Below, piece after piece: positions 9,039 through 19,989 of a stretch of 64,000 nt of DNA. Location: assembly GCA_037444405.1 (NCBI GenBank), contig JBBIML010000010.1, positions 64,001 through 128,000 on the forward strand, written 5' to 3'. Source of the DNA: Armatimonadota bacterium (GTDB lineage: Bacteria; Armatimonadota; Fimbriimonadia; Fimbriimonadales; GBS-DC). The notes below the pieces were generated by a model. That model had not been told where the DNA came from, did not search any database, and worked only from the letters and a program-made list of their open reading frames with translations. The number at the start of each line of letters is the position of its first letter. Within the stretch, counting starts at the first letter, position 1. Made by a program: the position numbers and the translations under genes.

Positions 9039-9583
9039 GGCTGCTCCGACTGACGGTACGGCTCGATTCGGCGCAGGATCCATCGTTCCACCATGCGACT
9101 GATTTTCGTGCCGAAGAACTCGCGCGGGTGCATCGGGTGAACCCAGATGGTGTAGATGCCGAGCCGATTGCCGCCCCAAATGTCGGTGAAGAGCTGGTCG
9201 CCGACAATCGCTGCCTGTTCAGGGGGCACACCCAGCTTCTCCAGTGCGCGGCGCAACATCGCCCGACGCGGCTTCATCGGTCCGCGCACATAGGGGATGC
9301 CCAGATAGTCGCTGAGCCACTTCAGGCGTTCCATGTTGCGCGTGTTAGACACGAAACAGAGCGCGATATTGGCTGCCTGCATCTGGCGCACCCACGCCTC
9401 CACTTCGGGGGGCACCTCGCGACTGCGCCACGGGGTCAGCGTGTTGTCCAGATCGAGCAGCAGCGCACGGATGCCCCGCGCCTGCAGCGATTCGGGCGTG
9501 ATCTCCGCTACTGTGCGCACATACTCGTTCGGACACCAGCGCCGCAACCAGCGCGGCGCACGCTCACGCTCATACCGTGCCAT
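9035..9583 (-). CDS. yqeG: YqeG family HAD IIIA phosphatase
   Basis: DLDNTL, VSN, KP, VGDQLFTDIWGGNR; typical linkage to aroE. Confidence 0.9.
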   Translation of the reverse strand: MARYERERAPRWLRRWCPNEYVRTVAEITPESLQARGIRALLLDLDNTLTPWRSREVPPEVEAWVRQMQAANIALCFVSNTRNMERLKWLSDYLGIPYVRGPMKPRRAMLRRALEKLGVPPEQAAIVGDQLFTDIWGGNRLGIYTIWVHPMHPREFFGTKISRMVERWILRRIEPYRQSEQP

Positions 9584-10811
9584 CGTCAGACCGACTGCGG
9601 CAAGCCCGTGCCAGAATCTCCACCGGGTGATAGAGGGGTAGCGGATGCCCCGCTTCGCTCAGTCCCTGCGCGATCCAGAGCGTGCAGCCCGGGTTCGCGC
9701 TGATGACCGCTTCCGCGCCCGTCGCCAGAATCGCCGCGACCTTGCGCTGAAGCGCCGCCGACGCCAGCTTCGGCTGTAAAAGATTATAGATGCCCGCTGA
9801 ACCGCAACACATATCGGCGCCCTCCATCTCGATGAGTTCGACGCCCGGCACCTGTCGCAGCAGCTGGCGCGGTTGCTCGCGAATGCCCTGCGCATGCACC
9901 AGATGGCAGGCGTCGTGATAGGTCAGGCGCATCGTCAGCGGCTGGAGCGGGGGCAACTCCAGCTCGGCGAGCAGCTCGTTCAGATCGCGCACGCGCTGGC
10001 TGAACGCATGCGCTACAGGCTCCTCGCGCGTGCCCGCAAACAGCAGGGGATAGTCCTTCATTACCGAGCCGCAGCCCGCCGCGTTGACCGCGATATAATC
10101 CACATCCCGAAACGCCCGGAACAGCTGGCGGGCAAGCCTGCGGGCGTGCTGGGGATAGCCGTTATGCACCCAGAGCGCGCCGCAACAGCCCTGTTGACGC
10201 GGGATCACCACTTCGAACCCGCAGCGGGTCAACACTTCAATCGTCGCCCGATGCACCTGCGGGAACAGCACGCGCATCACGCAACCGAGCAGCAGCCCGA
10301 TACGCCCTTTCGGCGTGCCCTGAGGGGCAATCTGCTCTGGCAAGCGCGAGAGAGACGGCTCCACCTGCTGGGGTAGGCGAACCACCGCCTGCGGCGCACC
10401 GAGCAGGCGAGCGAACCAGCGTGGGGTGCGTTTCAGGCGGAGCCAGCGGGCGGTCTTCAGCATCAGCTGCAACCGCCACGGCGTGGTGAAGCCCCGGATC
10501 GCCTGCTGACGCACCCAGCGCTGAAAGGGGCTTCGCGCATGACGCTCCACCTCGCCCCGCGCCGCCTCAATCAGCCTGCCATAGGGCACACCCGACGGAC
10601 ACGCTGTCTGACAGCCCAGACAGCCCATGCAGGCGTCCAGATGGGGCGCCACCTGCTCCCAGCGCAGCCTGCCATCCACCACCGCCCGTATCAGATAGAT
10701 GCGCCCGCGCGGCGACTCCGCCTCCTGACCCGTCTCCACAAAGGTCGGACACGCCTGCAGGCACAATCCGCAGTGAATGCACTTCTGCAAATCGCGCAAA
10801 TCCAGATGCAC
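9570..10811 (-). CDS. glcF: GlcF-like Fe-S oxidoreductase (two 4Fe-4S motifs plus CCG domains)
   Basis: CIHCGLCLQACP, ESPRGR, CMGCLGCQTACP, CCGA, YHDACH, CCGSAGIYN. Confidence 0.85.
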   Translation of the reverse strand: MHLDLRDLQKCIHCGLCLQACPTFVETGQEAESPRGRIYLIRAVVDGRLRWEQVAPHLDACMGCLGCQTACPSGVPYGRLIEAARGEVERHARSPFQRWVRQQAIRGFTTPWRLQLMLKTARWLRLKRTPRWFARLLGAPQAVVRLPQQVEPSLSRLPEQIAPQGTPKGRIGLLLGCVMRVLFPQVHRATIEVLTRCGFEVVIPRQQGCCGALWVHNGYPQHARRLARQLFRAFRDVDYIAVNAAGCGSVMKDYPLLFAGTREEPVAHAFSQRVRDLNELLAELELPPLQPLTMRLTYHDACHLVHAQGIREQPRQLLRQVPGVELIEMEGADMCCGSAGIYNLLQPKLASAALQRKVAAILATGAEAVISANPGCTLWIAQGLSEAGHPLPLYHPVEILARACRSRSDDGTV

Positions 10812-10877
10812 AGCACGATTGTACCCCCTGACCGCAGGGGTTGCATTTCGCAGGAGGCGCATGCCATAATTTTAAGC

Positions 10878-11795
10878 ATGCCTAAATTTCGGGCGGAATG
10901 GGCGGCGCTGGCGACTGCGCTGACGGCGTTCGCTGGTTGCACGGCACGGCGAACTGGCAGCCAGCCGCTGGTGGTCTGCACCACTGGCATGGTGGCGGAC
11001 TTAGCCCGCCATGTGGGTGAGCCTGAGGTGAGCGTTTATGCGCTGATGGGAGCGGGCACCGACCCCCATCTCTACAAGCCGACGGAGGGCGACCTGCAGC
11101 AGCTGGCGAAGGCGACGCTCGTGCTGTATAACGGGCTGCATCTGGAGGGCAAGATGAGCCTGATTTTAGAACGGTTATCGCGCGTGCGCCCAACGGCAGC
11201 GGTCGCCAGCGCGATTCCGCCTGAGCGGTTGCGCTATCCGCCCGAAGCCGAAGGCAAGCCCGACCCGCATGTGTGGCACGATGTCTCGCTCTGGATTTAT
11301 GCGCTTCAATCGGCGACCGACGCGCTCTGTGAGCAGTTCCCACAGTTTGAGTCGCGCTTCCGTGCCCGCAGCGACGCCTATCGCCAGCAACTCATCGCGT
11401 TGCATCGGTGGTGCCGAGCGCAGATTCAGCTCATTCCGCCGCCTCAGCGCGTGCTGATTACCTCGCACGATGCGTTCGGCTACTTCGGTCAGGCATACGG
11501 GCTGGAGGTGCGCAGTCTACAGGGCATCAGCACGCTCTCGGACTATGGGCTGCGCGACCTGCGGGCGCTGATCGAGTTCATCGTGGCGCGGCGCGTGAAA
11601 GCCATCTTTGCCGAATCGAGCATCTCGCCCCGTGCGCTACAGGCGGTGATAGCAGGCTGCCGACAGCGCGGGCACAGCGTGCGACTGGGCGGCACGCTTT
11701 ACTCTGACGCGCTCGGTCCGCCCGATAGCGACGCCGCCACCTACATCGGCATGATACACCACAATGTGCGCACCATTCTCAATGCCCTGAGGTGA
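10878..11795 (+). CDS. Mn/Zn ABC transporter substrate-binding lipoprotein (TroA/MntA family)
   Basis: Lipobox FAGC, DPHLYKPT, NGLHLEG, DPHVWHD, TSHDAFGYF. Confidence 0.9.
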   Translation: MPKFRAEWAALATALTAFAGCTARRTGSQPLVVCTTGMVADLARHVGEPEVSVYALMGAGTDPHLYKPTEGDLQQLAKATLVLYNGLHLEGKMSLILERLSRVRPTAAVASAIPPERLRYPPEAEGKPDPHVWHDVSLWIYALQSATDALCEQFPQFESRFRARSDAYRQQLIALHRWCRAQIQLIPPPQRVLITSHDAFGYFGQAYGLEVRSLQGISTLSDYGLRDLRALIEFIVARRVKAIFAESSISPRALQAVIAGCRQRGHSVRLGGTLYSDALGPPDSDAATYIGMIHHNVRTILNALR

Positions 11796-11800
11796 GAGCC

Positions 11801-12529
11801 ATGCAACTGGAAATCCGTGATCTGACGGTGGTCTATAACGGCAAGCCCGCAATTCATAGCATCACGCTCACCGTGCGTGGAGGCGTGCTGACAGGGGTTG
11901 TGGGACCCAACGGCGCGGGCAAAACCACGCTACTGAAAGCGATACTGGGGCTGGTGCCCAGAGCCGCTGGCGAAGTGTGGCTCAACGGGGTGCGACTGGA
12001 CAAGCCACGCGGCGAGATTGCCTACGTGCCCCAGCGCGGCACTGTGGAGTGGGACTTCCCTGTGAATGTGCTGGATGTGGTGCTGATGGGCACCTACGCC
12101 CGCCTGCCCATCGGACGCCGACCCGGCAAAGCCGAGCGGGACTGGGCAATGGAGTGCCTGCGGCAGGTTGGACTGGAATCGCTCTGGCACCGCCAGATTG
12201 GGGAACTATCGGGCGGGCAACAACAGCGCGTGTTTCTGGCGCGGGCGCTCGCACAGAACGCGCCTGTCTACCTGCTGGATGAGCCGCTCGCGGGCGTGGA
12301 CGCCGTCACCGAGCAGGTGATTATCGAGCAGCTGCATCACCTGCGCGATCAGGGGCGCCTCGTGCTGATGGTGCATCACGATTTGCAAACCGTGCGCGAC
12401 TGCTTCGATGAAGTGGTGCTGCTGAACGAACATCTGATTGCGGCGGGGCGGGTGGACGCCGTGATGACGCGCGAGAACCTTCAGCGCACCTACGGTGGCA
12501 AACTAATGTTCCTGCAGGATATGGACTGA
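11801..12529 (+). CDS. Mn/Zn ABC transporter ATP-binding protein
   Basis: GPNGAGKT, LSGGQQQRVFLARAL, LLDEP, VHHD. Confidence 0.92.
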   Translation: MQLEIRDLTVVYNGKPAIHSITLTVRGGVLTGVVGPNGAGKTTLLKAILGLVPRAAGEVWLNGVRLDKPRGEIAYVPQRGTVEWDFPVNVLDVVLMGTYARLPIGRRPGKAERDWAMECLRQVGLESLWHRQIGELSGGQQQRVFLARALAQNAPVYLLDEPLAGVDAVTEQVIIEQLHHLRDQGRLVLMVHHDLQTVRDCFDEVVLLNEHLIAAGRVDAVMTRENLQRTYGGKLMFLQDMD

Positions 12530-12536
12530 TGATGGA

Positions 12537-12559
12537 CATGGGCAGGATGCCCATGCTAC
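12537..12559 (-). repeat. GTAG-type REP palindrome
   Basis: GTAG-CATGGGC-ATCCT-GCCCATG on the minus strand, between ABC genes. Confidence 0.65.
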
Positions 12560-12565
12560 GGGATA

Positions 12566-13378
12566 ATGATGGACATCAATACGCTGTCGGTGCTGATTGG
12601 GTTGACGGTGCTGGGCGCGGCGAGCGGCGTGCTGGGCGCGTTCGCGCTCCTGCGTCACAAGGCATTATTGAGCGATACGCTGGCGCACGCCACGCTGCCA
12701 GGTGTCTGCCTCGCCTACCTGATGGGCGGCAAGCAGATGGGCTGGCTCCTGATGGGCGCGTTCGTTAGCGGTCTGGTCGGCATCGGCGCGGTGTCGGTCA
12801 TCACGCGCCGCTCGCGCCTCAAGGAGGACGCCGCGCTCGCCATCACCCTCTCCGTCTTTTTCGGGTTCGGGATGGTGCTGCTGACGGGCATCCAGCGCTG
12901 GGGCGACGGGCATCAGAGCGGGCTGGATCGATTCCTGTTCGGTCAGGCGGCGGCGCTGCTGCCTCACGAGGCGCTGTACCTCACGCTCGCCTGCCTGCTG
13001 ATCCTGACGGTGGTTGGCATCCTGTTCAAAGAGTTCGCCCTGCTCTGCTTTGATCGCGCCTATGCGCAGGTGCTGGGGCTGCCCATGGCGGCGCTGGACG
13101 CGCTGCTGATGGGGCTGATCGCGCTGATTGTGGTGCTGGGTTTGCAGAGCGCGGGCGCGTTATTGATGGTGGCGCTGATGATCACACCCGCGTCGGCAGC
13201 ACGCCTGTGGACGCACCGACTGAGCGTGATGGTGGGCTTATCGGCTCTGTTCGGGATGCTGACAGCAATCGGCGGCGTGCTGGTGAGCGCGTTCTACGGG
13301 CAACTGCCCACCGGTCCTGTGATGGTGCTGCTCGTTAGTGGGCTGTTTTTTGCATCGCTGGTTCTACGCCGACAATGA
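12566..13378 (+). CDS. Mn/Zn ABC transporter permease
   Basis: ALLSDTLAHATLPG ABC-3 motif; hydrophobic. Confidence 0.9.
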   Translation: MMDINTLSVLIGLTVLGAASGVLGAFALLRHKALLSDTLAHATLPGVCLAYLMGGKQMGWLLMGAFVSGLVGIGAVSVITRRSRLKEDAALAITLSVFFGFGMVLLTGIQRWGDGHQSGLDRFLFGQAAALLPHEALYLTLACLLILTVVGILFKEFALLCFDRAYAQVLGLPMAALDALLMGLIALIVVLGLQSAGALLMVALMITPASAARLWTHRLSVMVGLSALFGMLTAIGGVLVSAFYGQLPTGPVMVLLVSGLFFASLVLRRQ

Positions 13379-14262
13379 TCGACTGGCAAAGCACGCTGTG
13401 GGTGTTGATGGCGGGCGGGCTGGTGGCGACCAGCTGTGCGCTGGTTGGCTGCTGGCTGCTGCTGCGGCGCATGGCGCTGCTGGGCGACGCGATCAGCCAT
13501 GCGGTGCTGCCGGGCATCGTGCTGGCGTTCTGGCTCACGGGCAGTCGTGCGCCGCTGCCGATGCTGCTGGGCGCGGGCGCGGTCGGGATGGTCAGCACCG
13601 CCCTCATTCAGTGGCTGAGCCAGCGTCGATTCATTAAGCCCGACGCCGCGATGGGCATCACCTTCACCGCACTGTTCGCGCTCGGCGTCCTGCTCATCTC
13701 CCGCTATAGCGGGCAGGTCGATCTCGATCTGGACTGCGTGCTGTATGGCGAAATCGCCTATGTGCCGTGGGATTTGTGGGTGACGGGCGAGCGCGTGCTG
13801 GGACCGCGCGCCGTCTGGACCCTGAGCAGCGTGCTGATGCTGACGCTTCTGCTCAATATCCGGCTTTACAAGGAGCTGCTGGTCAGCACCTTTGACCCTG
13901 TCTATGCGCAGGTGGCAGGAATCCCGACGCGCATGGTGTATCATTTATTAATGGCGGCGGTCGCCCTGGTGGTGGTCGCCAGTTTTGAGGTGGTGGGCGC
14001 GATTCTGGTGCTGGCGTTCCTGGTGGTGCCACCCGCGACAGCCCTGTTGATTTCGCGCCGATTGCCGATGATGATTCTCGCCAGCATCACATTTGGCTGG
14101 CTGGCGGTGTTGCTGGGCTATGTCTCCGCGCACCTGCTAAATGTCTCCATTACGGGTTCGATGGCGACCGTCAGTGGTGGGCTGTTTGGACTGACGCTCC
14201 TGGCAACGGGGCTGCGAGCGCAAACCCATCGTGCTGGAGGTGACATGAGTGGCAAATCGTGA
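13375..14262 (+). CDS. Mn/Zn ABC transporter permease
   Basis: ALLGDAISHAVLPG, DLDLDCVLYGEI, STFDP. Confidence 0.9.
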   Translation: MIDWQSTLWVLMAGGLVATSCALVGCWLLLRRMALLGDAISHAVLPGIVLAFWLTGSRAPLPMLLGAGAVGMVSTALIQWLSQRRFIKPDAAMGITFTALFALGVLLISRYSGQVDLDLDCVLYGEIAYVPWDLWVTGERVLGPRAVWTLSSVLMLTLLLNIRLYKELLVSTFDPVYAQVAGIPTRMVYHLLMAAVALVVVASFEVVGAILVLAFLVVPPATALLISRRLPMMILASITFGWLAVLLGYVSAHLLNVSITGSMATVSGGLFGLTLLATGLRAQTHRAGGDMSGKS

Positions 14263-14863
14263 ACGCGGATTGCTGATCGTGCTTTCGGGTCCTGCGGGTG
14301 TGGGCAAGGACACCCTGATCGAGCGGTGGCAGCTGGTCGCGCCCAATCTGCGACGGCTGGTGACCTACACCACGCGCCCGCGCACGCCGGGCGAGCGCCA
14401 CGGGCTGGACTACTACTTCGTCAGCGAGCCGGAGTTCCAGCGCCTAATCGAGGAAGGCGCGTTTCTGGAGTACGCCCAGGTGCATGGACACTGGTACGGC
14501 ACGCCCCTGCGCGAGATGCAGGAGTGGCGCGAGCGCGGCTATGATGTGGTGCTGCGCATCGATGTGCAGGGCGCCATGCAGGTCAAACAGCGATTCCCGG
14601 AGGCGGTGCTGATTTTCGTTCAGCCACCCTCGTTGCAGGAGCTGGAGGCGCGCCTGCGCAAACGCGGGCGCGACGACGAAGCCTCCATCCAGCTCCGACT
14701 CGAAAACGCGCGCAAGGAGATGGAATATATCCCGCAGTACGACTACTGCATCACGAACGACGATCTCAATCGCGCGCTGGAGACGCTGCGCTGTATCCTG
14801 ATTGCGGAGCGCCATCGGGTGCGGGAGCCATCGTTAGAAGAGACCATCGCCCAAAGCGCGTAG
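14249..14863 (+). CDS. gmk: guanylate kinase
   Basis: SGPAGVGKDT, TTRPRTPGE.HG.DYYFVS, YGT, IDVQGA. Confidence 0.96.
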   Translation: MANRERGLLIVLSGPAGVGKDTLIERWQLVAPNLRRLVTYTTRPRTPGERHGLDYYFVSEPEFQRLIEEGAFLEYAQVHGHWYGTPLREMQEWRERGYDVVLRIDVQGAMQVKQRFPEAVLIFVQPPSLQELEARLRKRGRDDEASIQLRLENARKEMEYIPQYDYCITNDDLNRALETLRCILIAERHRVREPSLEETIAQSA

Positions 14864-14872
14864 AGGGTTTGT

Positions 14873-15550
14873 ATGCAACAGCCGAATCGACGCACGGGAC
14901 GGACGCTCTCGGCACGCAGTCCGTCGTCGCGTCAGGCGACGGGCTATGTGACGCATCGGCTGGGGCGATTGGTTCTGGTGGTGCGTCCGACGCTCATCTA
15001 TCAGCGTCCGGACCCGCGCGCACCCATCTACTGGCGGGTGCCCGCCCGCTACTATCTGATGATGCAGGCGCAGCGGGGCAACTGGTGTGGCGTGCTGATG
15101 CAAAACGGTGCGCTCGGCTGGCTGCCCCGCAGTGCGGTAAAGATTACACCCTACGAGGTGGTCTACAACCTGCCGCGCGGGGTTGATCCCAGCTATGTGA
15201 CGCGCCTGGCGATGCAGTATCTGGGCGCGCGCTACCGCTGGGGCGGCAACGACCCGCGCACCGGCATCGACTGCTCCGGCTTCGTGAAGCTGGTCTATGA
15301 ACAGCTGGGCATCCGCCTGCCCCGCCGCGCCCGCGAACAGGCGCTCAAAGGTATCCCCATCACCCGAATCGAAGATTTGCAACCGGGCGACCGCCTCTAC
15401 TTCGCGGTGAAGGGGAAGGGGATCGACCACACGGGCATCTACATCGGCGAGGGCTACTTCATTCACAGCGCACGCTCGCGCGGCGGCGTGGCGATCGACC
15501 ATCTGAGCCATCCGACCTATCGGCGGAGCCTGGTGGCAGCCCGCCGCTGA
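14873..15550 (+). CDS. NlpC/P60 (C40) peptidase with N-terminal SH3-like region
   Basis: YRWGG...GIDCSGFV...PGD...HTGIYIG...FIHS. Confidence 0.88.
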   Translation: MQQPNRRTGRTLSARSPSSRQATGYVTHRLGRLVLVVRPTLIYQRPDPRAPIYWRVPARYYLMMQAQRGNWCGVLMQNGALGWLPRSAVKITPYEVVYNLPRGVDPSYVTRLAMQYLGARYRWGGNDPRTGIDCSGFVKLVYEQLGIRLPRRAREQALKGIPITRIEDLQPGDRLYFAVKGKGIDHTGIYIGEGYFIHSARSRGGVAIDHLSHPTYRRSLVAARR

Positions 15551-15551
15551 A

Positions 15552-16310
15552 TCACGAGGCGACTGCCTCGTTGTAAAAGGTTCCGTTCACTATCGCCAGC
15601 ACGCCCTGCTCAAGAGTCATCTGCAGAGCATCCTCCCGAATCTCCTCTCCACCGACCGCCGGTACAGCATTATAGCCCAGCTGACGCAGAATCTCGGCAC
15701 ACCGAACGGCACGCTCCACATCACTTTGGTCGACTGTCCAGGAAGCTTCCAGCACCACCATTTTAGGAACGCCCGATTCGCGTCCCGTTCCCTCCACGAT
15801 GAGATCAGCCAGACCGATCTCATTCATCTTATTCCTGTCTCCGGGAAAGCGTTCGGCTATCTGATCAAACAGGCGGTTCGTATCCGTCAGGCGAACCGAC
15901 CTCAGGAGTCGTCCGAATATCGACGCGGCGCGGGAGCGATAGAAGTTCTCGCGATCGCTGCCCTTCAGGCGGGCAAGGTCGTTGATCACCATTTGCATCT
16001 GCCCATCAAGTCGATTCACATCCTGCCGCAGGACGCGCACCTCCTCGGTGATCCTGTCACGGAACTCATACATCTCCTGCTTGAACTCGCGCATCTCCTG
16101 CACGAAGTCATCGAAGCGTTGCTCAAGGGTATCCACGCGCGCGGTGATACTGTTCTGGAACTCGCGCGACTCTTGCACAAAGGCGTCAAAGCGCGCTGGA
16201 AGGCGGAGCAGCTCCTCGGTGAGGATGAGCCGCCGTACCTCCTCCAGCCACTCCGGGTGTTCACGAAGCACCCGCACGATGTCCTCAAAGGTGCGAATCT
16301 CTATCGCCAC
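15552..16310 (-). CDS. coiled-coil protein with C-terminal PD-(D/E)xK-like domain (DUF3782-like thermophile family)
   Basis: LREHPEW...LTEELLRLP N-terminus, heptad repeats, ADLIVEG...VVLEAS...DVERA. Confidence 0.6.
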   Translation of the reverse strand: MAIEIRTFEDIVRVLREHPEWLEEVRRLILTEELLRLPARFDAFVQESREFQNSITARVDTLEQRFDDFVQEMREFKQEMYEFRDRITEEVRVLRQDVNRLDGQMQMVINDLARLKGSDRENFYRSRAASIFGRLLRSVRLTDTNRLFDQIAERFPGDRNKMNEIGLADLIVEGTGRESGVPKMVVLEASWTVDQSDVERAVRCAEILRQLGYNAVPAVGGEEIREDALQMTLEQGVLAIVNGTFYNEAVAS

Positions 16311-16331
16311 TCCTGCTCTGATTATACCATG

Positions 16332-16637
16332 CTATCGATTCATCTGCTCCAGAAGGGTTTGGGCAATCTGTTCCCATTCGGTTTCGAGGTCGCCGTCGGC
16401 GGGTGGGCGGCTGGCGCGGTTGTACCAGTAGCGGGCATTCGCAAGGTCGCCCTCCTTGCGGTGGAGATAGGCATGCACCCACGCACTTTCGCGGGTCGGG
16501 TCGTTCTGCACCAGCTCGTGCGCGCGGTTCCAGTCGCCACGCGCCTCGTACCAGAGCGCCAGCAGTGGCACAGGCAGGTCGGGCGGGGTTGCCTGTTGCA
16601 CGCTTGCCTTAAATGCCTGCAGAGTCAGCTGTTCCAT
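16332..16637 (-). CDS. conserved hypothetical protein
   Basis: GDWNRAHELVQ...WVHAYLHRKEGDLANARYWY; start at 16637 or 16646. Confidence 0.75.
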   Translation of the reverse strand: MEQLTLQAFKASVQQATPPDLPVPLLALWYEARGDWNRAHELVQNDPTRESAWVHAYLHRKEGDLANARYWYNRASRPPADGDLETEWEQIAQTLLEQMNR

Positions 16638-16657
16638 CGACGCCATGATACCCGCGC

Positions 16658-18931
16658 CTATTCGCGCAGGCTCACGGGCAACAGGAAGGAGCGTTCAACG
16701 GGCAGGGCGCACTCGGTGTCGGTGCAGGGCTGATAGACAACCCGCACGCGGATGAAACCCTCCTCCGCTGGCTCGCCCTCACGGAAGCCCACAATCGGAA
16801 CCAGCGCGGCAGCCTGCGTGCGATAGACCATCAACTGCTCCCCACCCACCTGATACGGTTGTGGCGGTATCCAGATGGGTTCACCGAAGATGATGGGCAG
16901 GTCGGTCTGCACCTCCACGCGCGTGGGGGTCAGATCGGCGCGGGTCGGCTGCGCCGCCTGAATGTGCCAGCCCGGCTCAATCTCAAAAACTACCAGCAAC
17001 CCTTCAGACTGGGTCACCAGATGCACGGTGACAGGACCCTGCTGTTCTGACTCAGCGGGCACGGCTTCGATTTTCAGATCAGGCGTCGGCAGCGTATCGC
17101 CCTCCAGCAACAGATAGGCGTACAGCAGGCTGCTGCACACGCTGGGCGCACGCTGGATAAGCTCCCACACCGAGTCGATGGCTTCGCCCGCAAGTTGCGC
17201 GTACCGCTCGCTGCGGGCGGGATCGTCGCCAATCAGCAGGTGGCTCAGGCTCGCCAGCAACTGCGCCGCCGCGCCATTGCCCGATGGCAGCTGCCGATCC
17301 TGCACCGACTTGTACCGCACAATTAGCAGTGTATGCTCGTCGGCGGTCTCAAAGAAGCCGCCCCGCTCGGCATCGTGGAACTTCTCGATGAGCTGGTCAG
17401 CGATTTCGACGGCGCGTTCGAGCCAGCGGTCGTCTTCGGTCGCCTCGAACAGGCTGACCAGCCCCATCCCGTAAAGTGCGTAATCGCTGAGATAGGCGGG
17501 GATCGCCGCCTCACCGTCGCAATAGCGGTGCAGAAGGTTGCCCTGACCATCACGCAGTCGCTGCCAGATGAACTCGGCAGCCTGCTCGGCGAGTGTGCGA
17601 TAGGTGGGGTTCTCCAGCGCGACGGCAGCGTGAGCCAGCGCGCTGATTGCCAGCCCGTTCCAGTCGGTCAGCACCTTGTTGTCGCGGGCGGGCGAGGGGC
17701 GACGGGCACGCACCTCCAGCAGGCGCGTGTGCGCTTCCTGCAGGCGCTCGCGCAGTTCGTCCACACCCATGCCGAGCTGGTTCGCCAGCTCGTTCAGCGA
17801 GTCCCGCCGATGCAAAATATTGCGCCCTGTAGGCTGACCTGTCGCCTCCTCACGGTAGTTGCCGTCGGGCTGGATGTTATACACGGTGCAGACCAGCGCG
17901 GCGGTGTCGGCGTCCAGCGCGTCGTAAATCTCGCTCTGGGTCCAGGTATAGAACGCGCCCTCGCCGTCGGGGCTGTCGGCGTCCAGCGCACTGGCGAACA
18001 CGCCCTCATCGGTGCGCAGCTCGCGAACCATCCACTGCAGGGTGTCGTGCGCGACAGCCGCGTACTCCGCTTCGCCCGTCAGTGTGTAGGCGCGGGTGTA
18101 CGCCCACGCCAGCTGCGCGTTATCATAAAGCATCTTCTCGAAATGGGGCAGTAGCCATCGCTGGTCGACGGCGTAGCGATGGAAGCCGCCGCCGATGTGA
18201 TCATGAATGCCGCCTTCCGCCATCTTATTGAGCGTGTGGAGCGCCATGAGACCTGCTTCCTCGCTCTGCCACGCCTCTGCCATCCACAGCAATACGGGCA
18301 GCGCGGTATTGGGCGGGAACTTGGGCGCGTCGCCAAAGCCCCCATGCTCCGGATCATAGCCCGCGAAGAACCGATTCAGACAGGTGCGGAAGATGGACGG
18401 CTCGCGCTTGCCCCGCAGCTCGCGCCCCTGCAAGCTGAGCACTGTCCGCAGATCGCTGGTCAGCTCCTTCGCAGCCTGCAACACCTGCGCCCGCTGCGTG
18501 CGCCACAGATGGGCGACCTGATTCAACAGATCAGCAAACACAGCAGGCGGGAAATAGGTGCCGCCATAGAACGGCTCGCCATCGGGCGTCAGAAACACCG
18601 ACAACGGCCAGCCCGCTGCGCCCCGAATCAGCTGCACCGCCGTCACATAAATCTCGTCCACATCAGGACGCTCCTCCCGATCCACCTTCACAGGCACGAA
18701 ATGTTCGTTCAGAATCGCCGCTATCGATTCGTTCTCGAACGATTCGCGCTCCATCACATGGCACCAATGGCACGAGGAGTAGCCGATGGAGAGGAACACA
18801 GGCTTATCCTCGGTGCGGGCGCGAAAGAACGCCTCCGCGCCCCACGGGTACCAGTCCACGGGATTGTAAGCGTGCTGCAGCAGATAGGGGCTTTTCTCCC
18901 GTATCAACCGATTCATGCGTCGGATTTGCAT
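16658..18931 (-). CDS. YyaL/SPATA20 thioredoxin-domain protein (DUF255) with C-terminal DsbD-N-like domain
   Basis: [37 protein letters not shown]-terminal GWHI...[18 protein letters not shown]. Confidence 0.88.
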   Translation of the reverse strand: MQIRRMNRLIREKSPYLLQHAYNPVDWYPWGAEAFFRARTEDKPVFLSIGYSSCHWCHVMERESFENESIAAILNEHFVPVKVDREERPDVDEIYVTAVQLIRGAAGWPLSVFLTPDGEPFYGGTYFPPAVFADLLNQVAHLWRTQRAQVLQAAKELTSDLRTVLSLQGRELRGKREPSIFRTCLNRFFAGYDPEHGGFGDAPKFPPNTALPVLLWMAEAWQSEEAGLMALHTLNKMAEGGIHDHIGGGFHRYAVDQRWLLPHFEKMLYDNAQLAWAYTRAYTLTGEAEYAAVAHDTLQWMVRELRTDEGVFASALDADSPDGEGAFYTWTQSEIYDALDADTAALVCTVYNIQPDGNYREEATGQPTGRNILHRRDSLNELANQLGMGVDELRERLQEAHTRLLEVRARRPSPARDNKVLTDWNGLAISALAHAAVALENPTYRTLAEQAAEFIWQRLRDGQGNLLHRYCDGEAAIPAYLSDYALYGMGLVSLFEATEDDRWLERAVEIADQLIEKFHDAERGGFFETADEHTLLIVRYKSVQDRQLPSGNGAAAQLLASLSHLLIGDDPARSERYAQLAGEAIDSVWELIQRAPSVCSSLLYAYLLLEGDTLPTPDLKIEAVPAESEQQGPVTVHLVTQSEGLLVVFEIEPGWHIQAAQPTRADLTPTRVEVQTDLPIIFGEPIWIPPQPYQVGGEQLMVYRTQAAALVPIVGFREGEPAEEGFIRVRVVYQPCTDTECALPVERSFLLPVSLRE

Positions 18932-19007
18932 GCGCGTATCTCCTGTACGGTTAGAGTGTACCCGACAGGCTCCACTTCCATCGCAATAAGGGGTTCTGTG
19001 TTGTACC

Positions 19008-19964
19008 CTAAGCAGAGTGCATGCTCCGCCAGAGTTCGAGCAGGCGGGGATAGGGGTTTTCCTGACCCTGCGCGATGCGGGTGAGGGTCTCGCGATCGAA
19101 CAGCTGCTGGGTGAGGGCGCGAGCGCGCGCCTCAAGCGTCTCATGCACCAGCGATTGCATCTCCCACTCCAACTGCTGCTGGCGGCGCTGCTCCCAGCCG
19201 CCCGCGCGACGCTGATGGTTCCAGTGTTCCTGAATGAACTGCACCAGCTCGTCGATGCCCCTGCCGTGCAGGGCTTCCGTGAGCAGAATCGGCGGGTTCC
19301 AGCTTTTCGGCTTCTCGCCCAGTTCCAGCGCGGCGCGCAGCTCCAGTCGCATGCGGGTCGCGCCCTCGCGGTCGGCTTTATTCACCACATAGATGTCGGC
19401 AATTTCAATAATGCCCGCCTTCATCGCCTGGATGACATCGCCTGCTTCGGGCACGAGCGTCAGCACCACCGTGTCGGCAACGAAACGCACATCGACCTGC
19501 AGCTGCCCCGCGCCCACCGTCTCAATCAGGATCAGGTTGAACCCGGCGGCTTCCAGCACGCGCACGGCAGGGGGCACGCCGCGCGAGAGACCGCCGAGAC
19601 TGCCCCGACTGGCAAGACTGCGGATATAGGTGCCCGCCAGATTATCTTCCATGCGGATGCGGTCGCCCAGAATCGCGCCGCCGCTGAAGGGGCTGGTGGG
19701 ATCCACCGCCAGCACCGCCACCCGATACCCCTGCTGGCGAAAGCGGGGAATGAGCTGGAAAGTGAGCGTGCTTTTGCCTGCGCCAGGTGCGCCCGTGATG
19801 CCCACCTTGATGGCATGCCCCGTGTGGGGGAACAGCTTCTCCAGCAGGGCGAGCCGCTGGAGGCTGGGATCCTCCACCAGGCTGATGGCGCGGGCAATCG
19901 CGCGGGTCTCGCCCTTCAGCACGCCCGCCACCAGCGCATCGATATCGAGCGACGCCTTCACCAT
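19008..19964 (-). CDS. meaB: methylmalonyl-CoA mutase-associated GTPase
   Basis: [43 protein letters not shown]. Confidence 0.93.
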   Translation of the reverse strand: MVKASLDIDALVAGVLKGETRAIARAISLVEDPSLQRLALLEKLFPHTGHAIKVGITGAPGAGKSTLTFQLIPRFRQQGYRVAVLAVDPTSPFSGGAILGDRIRMEDNLAGTYIRSLASRGSLGGLSRGVPPAVRVLEAAGFNLILIETVGAGQLQVDVRFVADTVVLTLVPEAGDVIQAMKAGIIEIADIYVVNKADREGATRMRLELRAALELGEKPKSWNPPILLTEALHGRGIDELVQFIQEHWNHQRRAGGWEQRRQQQLEWEMQSLVHETLEARARALTQQLFDRETLTRIAQGQENPYPRLLELWRSMHSA

Positions 19965-19989
19965 AACAAGGAGTATACTCGCTCCCCGC

